The translations under genes and the position numbers were made by a program. Source: Candidatus Woesearchaeota archaeon (GTDB lineage: Archaea > Nanobdellota > Nanobdellia > SCGC-AAA011-G17 > UBA489). Taken from it: a DNA stretch of 41,390 nt. Under the pieces are notes generated by a model. The model was not told where the DNA came from, did no database searches, and worked only from the letters and a program-made list of their open reading frames with translations. Shown in pieces: positions 35,308-41,390 of this stretch (the first letter of the stretch is position 1; every line of letters begins with the position of its first letter). The stretch is taken from the NCBI GenBank assembly GCA_016177265.1, contig JACOVP010000005.1:1-41390 (forward strand), in the 5' to 3' direction.

Positions 35308-36272
35308 GCGTTGAACGTAGAGTGACGTTGAGATTAGGGACACTCGGCGCGAGGCAGAACAGTGGGATATCTAGATGGAAGGCGGTAAGCGAGCTGGAGG
35401 ATTGGAAAGCTTTAAGAACTCTGTTGACGAGGGAAACTGTTGGATCAAAGGCATGGGAGGAGGGCCGGCGATTTGGGGAGAGTAATACACTTACGGCACG
35501 TGAACGGATGATGGAGAAGCTCGAGGATGGGAGGACAGAGGACAAAGCGCTTTACGTCGCGCTTATTCAGAAGTATGAGAAGGAGTTGCGCACTAGGGCT
35601 GTGGCCGGGGAAAACAACATAGAGAGAGAGGCGTGCATCACCCATCTAGGAGTGCTCTACGATGACAAGCCGCAGGCACTGCAGGAGTATGGGGATGTGG
35701 ATCGACAGATCCTAGAGCAGATTCTGAAAGAAGGTGGACCATTTAGACAAATCCGGTCGGTCTTTCTGGCATTGCGCAGGAGACTAGAGAAGGGGAGTGG
35801 GTTCACGTGTGCGGAGCTTGAGCAGATCCTCGAAGGTGAGCGAGTCGTCATGCCGTCAACGACGCATATGGATCCGTTTGTGCGTAGGCGCGGTAGTCGA
35901 CTGCAGGAAGAGGGCTATAGATTGTTGCTGCGGTACTTCGGTGGGAAAGTAGGGGTAAAGGTGAAGGTGTATTCCGTGCGCGAGTATCATGCTGTATGTG
36001 AGAGAGGCGACCCGGATTGGTTGATTCGAGGAGAAGAAGGGACGGTGGAAGCACGAGCATTTAGAGCGTTGCGTTCCTTCGCGGGGATGCTGGAGAGCAT
36101 GAGAGCCTGGAATAGGGTGGAAGCATCGCTGCGTACGAGGGATCCAAGCCTGAGGGAAATGCGGGGGTGGGAAGTGAAAGAGACGATGGAGCGTCTGTTT
36201 GAGCGGGTCCGCAAGGGGGTAGAGGCGAAGTATAAGAGATGGGAGGAGTTTTGGCGGGGAGTGCGGAGATAA
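35304..36272 (+). CDS. Hypothetical Arg/Glu-rich helical protein (operon gene 3)
   Basis: It is 322 aa from ATG 35304, which overlaps the upstream stop (ATGA). The track start at 35259 is GTG. I recognise no motifs. Confidence 0.65.
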   Translation: MSVERRVTLRLGTLGARQNSGISRWKAVSELEDWKALRTLLTRETVGSKAWEEGRRFGESNTLTARERMMEKLEDGRTEDKALYVALIQKYEKELRTRAVAGENNIEREACITHLGVLYDDKPQALQEYGDVDRQILEQILKEGGPFRQIRSVFLALRRRLEKGSGFTCAELEQILEGERVVMPSTTHMDPFVRRRGSRLQEEGYRLLLRYFGGKVGVKVKVYSVREYHAVCERGDPDWLIRGEEGTVEARAFRALRSFAGMLESMRAWNRVEASLRTRDPSLREMRGWEVKETMERLFERVRKGVEAKYKRWEEFWRGVRR

Positions 36273-36727
36273 TGATCGCGGTGGATTCCGATGTCTTCTT
36301 GTCCGCGAAAGTGTTCAGCGGAAAGGATGAGAGGTCGAGGAAGAGCAACGAGTTTCTGGTTGCGGTCACCGGAGGGAATATGTGCACGACAGTGATTAAT
36401 GTTTTTGAGGTGTGTGGCGTTGCCGGTCCACATCTTGAGGAGGAGGAGCTACGGAAGTGGTTGCATAACTTTCGCGGGACGTTTGGTGTACAGATTCTGT
36501 TGCCGCGAGACGCGGCTCTTCCGCTTGGTTCCTTCTTTCGGATCTTGCCAACAATATTATTTGGTAAGCTTCACAAGGGGATGCGGTTTGGAGATGCTTT
36601 GATAATAGGAATTGTGGAAGGACATCCTGAGATACGAGAATTTGTTACGTGGAATGTGAAGGATTTCGATGGGAGGACGCGTCTGCGAGTGTCATCGCCA
36701 GCGGATTACTTGGCACGGGTGAGGTGA
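36272..36727 (+). CDS. PIN-domain nuclease (VapC-like; operon gene 4)
   Basis: It is 151 aa from ATG 36272, which overlaps the upstream stop (TAATG). The PIN acidic pattern is IAVDSDVF, VFEVCG, FGDALIIG and TWNVKDFD. Confidence 0.75.
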   Translation: MIAVDSDVFLSAKVFSGKDERSRKSNEFLVAVTGGNMCTTVINVFEVCGVAGPHLEEEELRKWLHNFRGTFGVQILLPRDAALPLGSFFRILPTILFGKLHKGMRFGDALIIGIVEGHPEIREFVTWNVKDFDGRTRLRVSSPADYLARVR

Positions 36728-36781
36728 CTGACTGGGGGGAGGCGAGATTCAGGGGATCATGGGAGGCACGGTGCTGTGGGG

Positions 36782-36792
36782 AGTGAGGGGGT
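36782..36792 (+). repeat. 11-bp direct repeat, right copy, 55 nt after the PIN gene stop
   Basis: AGTGAGGGGGT is identical to 30257-30267. Confidence 0.6.
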
Positions 36793-37071
36793 GAAGGGAG
36801 CATCTCAGCGAAACCTTTTTTAAGGATGACGCCGTGCCAAGTGCATGGGCCATGTCGAGTCAGGGAGAGTCCCGCAGTATGCGCAGGAGTTGTTGAAGTC
36901 AGTTCGAGAGAAGACGTGCTACCCTCTGGTCTGGCGACAACAACCCGGCCTCGGTCACGATTCGGAAGTCAAGGTTGCCCGTCCTGGCGAGAGATGCCAT
37001 GTGTTGCTCTACCGGCCTGAGTACCGGGACTACGAGCTCCACTTCGTGGTCAGGATCAGGGAAGAGCGTGA

Positions 37072-37713
37072 TCAACACGTTCCTCGTCGGCCAATACCTG
37101 CAACGAGGTGGCAGGGCTTGGGTGTGCGGATGACCTGGTAGAGGAGAGTTGCGAGCCGTTCCATCTCGCAGGTGATCGCGCGAATCTGTGGTTCAGTGAT
37201 TCCGTCCCAATAATATGCGAGGCGGCCGAGGACGCCGGTGACCCAGCACCCGATGGCATCGGACAGCTCAGGTTCCCTTGCCTCAAGATCCTGCCACCAA
37301 CGTGCGCGAACCTTGAGATCCTGGTCCTGGGCGATCGTCCGCCAGATCAAGTCGCGGGTGACAAGCGGATTTTCTTCATCTATAAACCCTCGCTCAATAT
37401 AAACCACCTTCTTTTTTTCTCGTTTGAACAAAAACTCATAATAGGCGGACTCATCTGTATCTTGAAATCTCCCCCATCTAGTGACATCAAAAAGAAGTAC
37501 ATAGTCAAATCGTTGTTCTTTAGTATATTGAAACAATGCTAAAAATCCAGGTCTATTTGCGTTTAGACCAGTCTTGCCGGCGTCTTGAAACTCTTTGATG
37601 ATACGGATGTTATGTTTCTTAGCAAATTTTTGGACTTCTTCTCTTTGAACGGGTATTGAGAACTCTTGTTTGTCCTCTGCAGAGTGACGATAATATGCTA
37701 CAGCTGTTTTCAT
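37072..37713 (-). CDS. Serine recombinase (resolvase/invertase catalytic domain); the 3' half lies in the high-GC block, so the gene is possibly chimeric or truncated
   Basis: The N-terminus reads AVAYYRHSAEDKQEFSIPVQ (catalytic Ser region), then DAGKTGLNANRPGF and LLFDVTRWGRF. A TATA-like box lies 26 nt upstream of the ATG. Composition switches inside the ORF at about 37368, and I see no recognisable DNA-binding domain after that point. Confidence 0.6.
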   Translation of the reverse strand: MKTAVAYYRHSAEDKQEFSIPVQREEVQKFAKKHNIRIIKEFQDAGKTGLNANRPGFLALFQYTKEQRFDYVLLFDVTRWGRFQDTDESAYYEFLFKREKKKVVYIERGFIDEENPLVTRDLIWRTIAQDQDLKVRARWWQDLEAREPELSDAIGCWVTGVLGRLAYYWDGITEPQIRAITCEMERLATLLYQVIRTPKPCHLVAGIGRRGTC

Positions 37714-37734
37714 TACTTATCAAAAAATTTATTG

Positions 37735-37744
37735 ATTTATAAAT
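37735..37744 (-). promoter_or_regulatory. TATA-like box for the serine recombinase gene
   Basis: The palindromic ATTTATAAAT lies about 26 nt upstream of ATG 37713. Confidence 0.4.
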
Positions 37745-37792
37745 GTACTTCTGTCGGTAGAAATTCTAGAAGAACGTACAGAAGAGCAAAAG

Positions 37793-37802
37793 ACTTATAA
37801 GG
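37793..37802 (+). promoter_or_regulatory. TATA-like box for the small antitoxin-like ORF
   Basis: ACTTATAAGG lies about 26 nt upstream of ATG 37823. Confidence 0.35.
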
Positions 37803-37822
37803 TCCAAAGGTATAGATGTTGT

Positions 37823-37981
37823 ATGAAACAAGAAATGATTCAAATAGCAAAGAAGGAATACGAGGAACTATTAGAAGAAGTTGGTATCTTGAGAAATCCT
37901 GCAATGATGGAGGCTATCAGAGAGAGTGACGAAGCTAAAAAGAAAGGTGTAAAAACCTGGAAGCTCAAAACTCATCCATAG
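37823..37981 (+). CDS. Small antitoxin-like protein (Phd/YefM C-terminal-like EYEELLE...ILRNP pattern)
   Basis: This 52 aa ORF is not in the track. A TATA-like box (37793-37802) lies 26 nt upstream of the ATG. The sequence is MKQEMIQIAKKEYEELLEEVGILRNPAMMEAIRESDEAKKKG. Confidence 0.45.
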   Translation: MKQEMIQIAKKEYEELLEEVGILRNPAMMEAIRESDEAKKKGVKTWKLKTHP

Positions 37982-38026
37982 ATCTTGTGAGAGCCAACAG
38001 CAACCACTAACAAAAAGGTAAAACCA

Positions 38027-38449
38027 ATGGAAGTCTATATCCACACCTTTACTCCAGAACCCTATGAAGTGAGAAAACCTATTCCTGTCATACTACAAAG
38101 AGAAGGGAAAGACAACTGTACAGCAGGCTGGTATGATGCAAATATCCATTCTGGCGGTGCGAATGAACAAGAAGCATTTGACAACCTAAAATCACTCGTG
38201 CTCGATGCATTTGAGTCATTAAGAAGTGAAAAACCAGAATCTCTTGGACCTGAACCAAAAAGATGCTTAGCAGTACTGAATGAATATCTCTATCCTAAAA
38301 GAGATACCAAAGATCCGTCATCACCCCCCAATCTTAAAGAAAAACTCGCAGCAATCGATCAACTATATCATCTATTGGATGATGCAACCCCTGAACAAAG
38401 AAAGGGCTTTTTTGAAAGCATTCGCCGAAGACCTTGGCATACCGAGTAA
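38027..38449 (+). CDS. Hypothetical protein, possibly HicB/UPF0150-like fold
   Basis: The 140 aa product has the segment PVILQREGKDNCTAGWYDANIHSGGANEQEAFDNLKSLV, which resembles the beta-beta-alpha core of HicB-like antitoxins. The functional call is tentative. Confidence 0.55.
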   Translation: MEVYIHTFTPEPYEVRKPIPVILQREGKDNCTAGWYDANIHSGGANEQEAFDNLKSLVLDAFESLRSEKPESLGPEPKRCLAVLNEYLYPKRDTKDPSSPPNLKEKLAAIDQLYHLLDDATPEQRKGFFESIRRRPWHTE

Positions 38450-38533
38450 TTCTGAAATAAGGGAGGTCTCAGAGAGAGTAGCAAAACCCTTTTAAACCGA
38501 ACTCTATATTCTAATATAATGGTTAGAAGAGAT

Positions 38534-39592
38534 ATGCAAAGAATAAGAATACTGGGCGGTATAGGCATAGTCCTCTGCATACTTGCCTTCATTGTAGTAA
38601 CCCTGGTTATTCTGCAGTCTCCTGGGCCGTTGCCAGTTGGACAAGAAAATCAAACACAAGAACCACAACAAGAAGGAAATCACACAGTGGTACAAGAAGA
38701 AGAAAATGAACAACCAAAGCAGAAACTCATCTACATCCTCCATAAGGTGCCAAATGTGCTGAGCATCGTAGACTTAGAAAAAAATGAAACCCTCCAAGAG
38801 ATTACCTTAGGCAAAGGACCGCAAGAGATGTTCTATGATAAAGGAACCAATAATCTCTACATTACCAACAAAGCAGCTAACACCATCAGCGTTGTGAACC
38901 TTGAGAAGAACGAGATTGTCCGCACCATCAAGGGAGGCAATAGTCCAGAAGGCATTATAGTCACTGACAAGAAAATTTATGTCACAAATCCAGGAGATCG
39001 AGTAGTGCTCGTCATCAACAAAGCATTGGGCTCCATAGATAAAGAGATTCAGGTTGGTGAAGATCCCTCCCACATGCTGCTCAGCCAGGATCAGCGAAAG
39101 CTCTATGTGTTGAATAGGGGTTCCGATGATATTACTATTATCAACACGAATATCGATGCCTTCATCGACGTATGGTTCGCTGGAGACAATCCAGAGCGCT
39201 TCGCAATAAATCCTCATGAGCGGTTTATGTATGTAAGCAGCCTGAATGGGCTGATCACGATTCTTCCCATGAAACAACCGAAGGAATATAGGGAAATGCG
39301 TGTCGGTCTTGGCGCATCGGAAATTGCTTTTACGCCAAATAATATTCTTGCGATAACAGTGAACAGTGATGAGAACACCATATCCTTAACCAGCTTGACG
39401 CAGGAAATGCTGCTTGCAACAGTCGATGTCGGAGTAAATCCTAGTGACGTTGTGATCACTGGAGATGGAAAAACTGCCTATGTGAGCAATGCTGGTTCTA
39501 ATACCATTTCAATCATTGACTTGCAGCAGAAAATACGGATAGCAGAATTTCCTGTCAATAAAGATCCGCAACGACTAATACTGAGAGAATAA
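38534..39592 (+). CDS. Membrane-anchored YVTN-repeat beta-propeller protein
   Basis: An N-terminal TM segment is followed by repeated units of the LYITN/IYVTN/LYVLN/AYVSN ... ISVV/ITII/ISIID type. ATG 38534 (TATA-like box about 27 nt upstream) or ATG 38519 could be the start. Confidence 0.8.
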   Translation: MQRIRILGGIGIVLCILAFIVVTLVILQSPGPLPVGQENQTQEPQQEGNHTVVQEEENEQPKQKLIYILHKVPNVLSIVDLEKNETLQEITLGKGPQEMFYDKGTNNLYITNKAANTISVVNLEKNEIVRTIKGGNSPEGIIVTDKKIYVTNPGDRVVLVINKALGSIDKEIQVGEDPSHMLLSQDQRKLYVLNRGSDDITIINTNIDAFIDVWFAGDNPERFAINPHERFMYVSSLNGLITILPMKQPKEYREMRVGLGASEIAFTPNNILAITVNSDENTISLTSLTQEMLLATVDVGVNPSDVVITGDGKTAYVSNAGSNTISIIDLQQKIRIAEFPVNKDPQRLILRE

Positions 39593-39618
39593 GGGGAGTG
39601 GAGTTCTTAGAAAAAAGA

Positions 39619-39711
39619 TTAGATATCAGTAAAGACCTTGAATATAAAGTACATAATGACCATACCAAAACCAATCCACGCTGCCGTGTCCCAAAAGTTG
39701 TCCCAGTTCAT
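39619..39711 (-). CDS. Possible 30-aa single-TM micropeptide
   Basis: The ORF MNWDNFWDTAAWIGFGMVIMYFIFKVFTDI has an A/T box 25 nt upstream of its ATG. There is no other support. Confidence 0.25.
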   Translation of the reverse strand: MNWDNFWDTAAWIGFGMVIMYFIFKVFTDI

Positions 39712-39822
39712 ACAACAGAGAGAAAAGTTGGAATTTATGAACTTTGCGGCTAAAAAGGCGAAAAATCCGTAGAAAGAGGCGGAAAGATTCCAAGAGAACA
39801 GTTCATCGAATCTTGCTATTAT

Positions 39823-40239
39823 TTATTGTTGTTGGTTTACTCTTACTTCTAAACCTTCATTTCTTTTCCGAACTCCTAATCTTCCTAACTCATACAATCC
39901 AGAAGCTACATTGAGTCCTAGTAAAACTGCTACAGGGATATAGTTTTTGTTTTGAAATAAATCCACTGCAGAATAAAGACAAACACCCATATCAGTTAGA
40001 GAACCAATAAAAATCCCTAATTGCCACCCGCTGCCAGCTATAGTATCTTGATCCCATACTACTTCACATCTGTCTGCTAGGGTCTGATCTTCTCTACACT
40101 TTCTTATAAACGTAGGAATCCGAAACAGTAAAGCAACTGCACCATACAATCCTTTGACGAAATACTGCGAAAGTTCTCCTATTTGTTTTCTAGGTAGTGC
40201 ATCCCAGAGTCTTTGTTCAACAGATTTGTAGTCAGTCAT
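39823..40239 (-). CDS. Hypothetical membrane protein
   Basis: The roughly 138 aa ORF has several hydrophobic segments. ATG 40239 is the likely start, since the track start at 40248 is GTG. An A/T box lies upstream. Confidence 0.55.
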   Translation of the reverse strand: MTDYKSVEQRLWDALPRKQIGELSQYFVKGLYGAVALLFRIPTFIRKCREDQTLADRCEVVWDQDTIAGSGWQLGIFIGSLTDMGVCLYSAVDLFQNKNYIPVAVLLGLNVASGLYELGRLGVRKRNEGLEVRVNQQQ

Positions 40240-40373
40240 TTTGCTCACCAGGAGGAGGTACTAACTCATATAAGAAGTTTCCGTTTGTTTAAAAAAAGAC
40301 CGCCACAAGCTTTAAATAGGAGTTCCACCATAAAATATATATCTCATATACCATATATGGGTTTAGGAAGACC

Positions 40374-40493
40374 ATGTACCAAGCCGAATGCACCCAGTGC
40401 GGAGCAATCTTCACGTTAGATCAGCCTGTAGTCCCTGAATGTGTAGAGTGTGTCTGCCAAGGAAAACAGTTTAACATTTTGACTGTTGCATAA
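40374..40493 (+). CDS. Possible 39-aa zinc-ribbon micropeptide
   Basis: The sequence MYQAECTQCGAIFTLDQPVVPECVECVCQGKQFNILTVA has CxxC ... CxxCxC. It is not in the track and is supported by Cys spacing only. Confidence 0.3.
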   Translation: MYQAECTQCGAIFTLDQPVVPECVECVCQGKQFNILTVA

Positions 40494-40541
40494 AACCAGG
40501 ACAACAGCAAAAGACGTTTTCTAAGAGAGAAGTAAATGACA

Positions 40542-41390
40542 CTATAACAAGAGCAGGTAAGTCAATCCATAGCCCAAGAAACAGCCAGCACTTAAGATGG
40601 GCATCGCAGGATAGTACTTGTTCTTCTCACTGGCGATTAACAAAAAACTCAATGCTAGTGCGCTTCCTAAAACAATCAACACAGCAGGCCAGAAAGAATA
40701 TTCCATCAAGATGACGCTCGCAAAAAGCAGAGGAAATCCAATGTCTCCTCCTCCCAAAATAGCAGTCTTCTCTCCTTTTTTGCCATAGGGAATTAATAAT
40801 CCAGCAAATAACTGCATCTTCGCCTGGAATTCAGCCATATTCACCATGTGTTTTGTTTTTCTCACAGCAATGAAGTCATAGGCAGAGATGATCAGGAGCA
40901 AAACAGATATGCTAAACACACTTAATACTGGAGTAAAGACAGCAGCCAATCCCCCATAGATGAAAAGTTCTGTGAAATTATGAAGCAAATGGTTAATGCG
41001 CAACACTTTCAGCAAAGCCAGGACAAAGCCGAGAATAAGGACAATCCAGTAGGTATCCAGAAATGCGCCAAAGGCAATCAGCAAACAGAACCACACAGAC
41101 AGGAAAAACCAGAGCTTCCATAGCCAGCGCGCGCCAAACTTAATGATGAGCAAGACCAACAAGGTAGCTACAAAAAGAATAGCAATAATGGGAAGATAAG
41201 AAGTTTCCTTTGCAAACTGTGGCCGTTCAATGTCATACGGCAACGGTTTATAGACTTCTTCCTGGTAGGTGATATTTCCTACAGTCCTTGTCTCAAGCGT
41301 CACGTATTCGCTCACGATGAACAACCCAAGGAATTGTGCAACCACGAACAAGAGAACTAGCACCATGGTGACGGACAATGTATGCTTCAT
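40542..41390 (-). CDS. Presenilin/signal-peptide-peptidase-like intramembrane aspartyl protease (archaeal PSH type)
   Basis: It is polytopic with the YD motif (SAYDFIAV), the GxGD motif (LGGGDIGFP) and a PAL-like motif (YPAMP). The ATG sits exactly at the window edge, so the 5' end could extend further. Confidence 0.8.
   Translation of the reverse strand: MKHTLSVTMVLVLLFVVAQFLGLFIVSEYVTLETRTVGNITYQEEVYKPLPYDIERPQFAKETSYLPIIAILFVATLLVLLIIKFGARWLWKLWFFLSVWFCLLIAFGAFLDTYWIVLILGFVLALLKVLRINHLLHNFTELFIYGGLAAVFTPVLSVFSISVLLLIISAYDFIAVRKTKHMVNMAEFQAKMQLFAGLLIPYGKKGEKTAILGGGDIGFPLLFASVILMEYSFWPAVLIVLGSALALSFLLIASEKNKYYPAMPILSAGCFLGYGLTYLLLL

Larger units (their letters stand above)
30250..37368. mobile_element. 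High-GC integrated element / genomic island (integrase, RelE-type TA pair, four-gene ATPase-nuclease operon); boundaries approximate
   Basis: Composition switches abruptly at about 30250 and about 37368. Amino-acid usage shifts from Lys/Ile/Asn-rich to Arg/Ala/Gly/Pro-rich. A tyrosine integrase sits at the left end and a recombinase gene at the right junction. Confidence 0.7.

Noticed and set aside
30250-36927. The 9-mer AGAGGGTAG at 30250-30258 has an inverted copy, CTACCCTCT, at 36919-36927. I considered these as possible terminal inverted repeats.
   Set aside because: A 9-bp match is well within chance expectation, and the right copy is not at a compositional or gene boundary.
36845-37141. 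A 98-aa plus-strand ORF lies in the GC-rich stretch between the PIN gene and the recombinase 3' end.
   Set aside because: It has no recognisable motif. It overlaps the recombinase ORF end in stop-poor DNA. It could be a gene remnant, but I cannot support calling it.
40213-40419. A 68-aa plus-strand ORF overlaps the start of the 39823-40239 gene.
   Set aside because: It begins antisense to the neighbouring gene's 5' end, has no motifs, and competes with a more protein-like Cys-rich small ORF in another frame.
1-41390. I looked for CRISPR arrays, rRNA genes and tRNA genes across the whole window.
   Set aside because: I saw no regularly spaced direct repeats of 24-40 nt, no rRNA-like conserved segments and no tRNA-like structures. 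The visual scan could have missed a divergent tRNA.

Overview
This window looks like an AT-rich archaeal chromosome segment. The evidence is A/T-rich TATA-like boxes about 25-28 nt upstream of many start codons (leaderless-type geometry), an ADP-forming acetyl-CoA synthetase alpha subunit, a presenilin/PSH-type intramembrane protease, a ComA homolog and a COG2403 protein. Positions 1-22000 are dominated by central carbon and amino-acid metabolism: a transcarbamylase, aldehyde dehydrogenase, malic enzyme, a citrate synthase-PrpD-isocitrate dehydrogenase operon, malate dehydrogenase, an SdhA-like flavoprotein, a fumarase/aspartase-family lyase, aminotransferases and a glutamate dehydrogenase-like enzyme. 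Positions 22000-30100 hold mixed accessory and housekeeping genes: a DUF4258/DUF2283-like toxin-antitoxin pair, thioredoxin reductase plus VKOR, a Fic protein flanked by 15-bp direct repeats, an HExxH protein and thymidine kinase. The outstanding feature is a roughly 7.1 kb block (about 30250-37368) whose composition jumps sharply to roughly 60 % GC by eye. It carries a tyrosine integrase, a RelE-type toxin-antitoxin pair and a four-gene, stop/start-overlapping operon. That operon encodes a HerA/FtsK-like P-loop ATPase fused to a winged-helix and a PD-(D/E)xK-like nuclease module, two proteins with no motifs I recognise, and a PIN-domain nuclease. I consider this operon the best candidate for an undescribed defence or DNA-processing system carried on an integrated element. 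The right edge of the block falls inside a serine-recombinase gene, so an assembly chimera must be excluded. I found no tRNA, rRNA or CRISPR array. All family calls rest on motif recognition by eye, and no database search was run.
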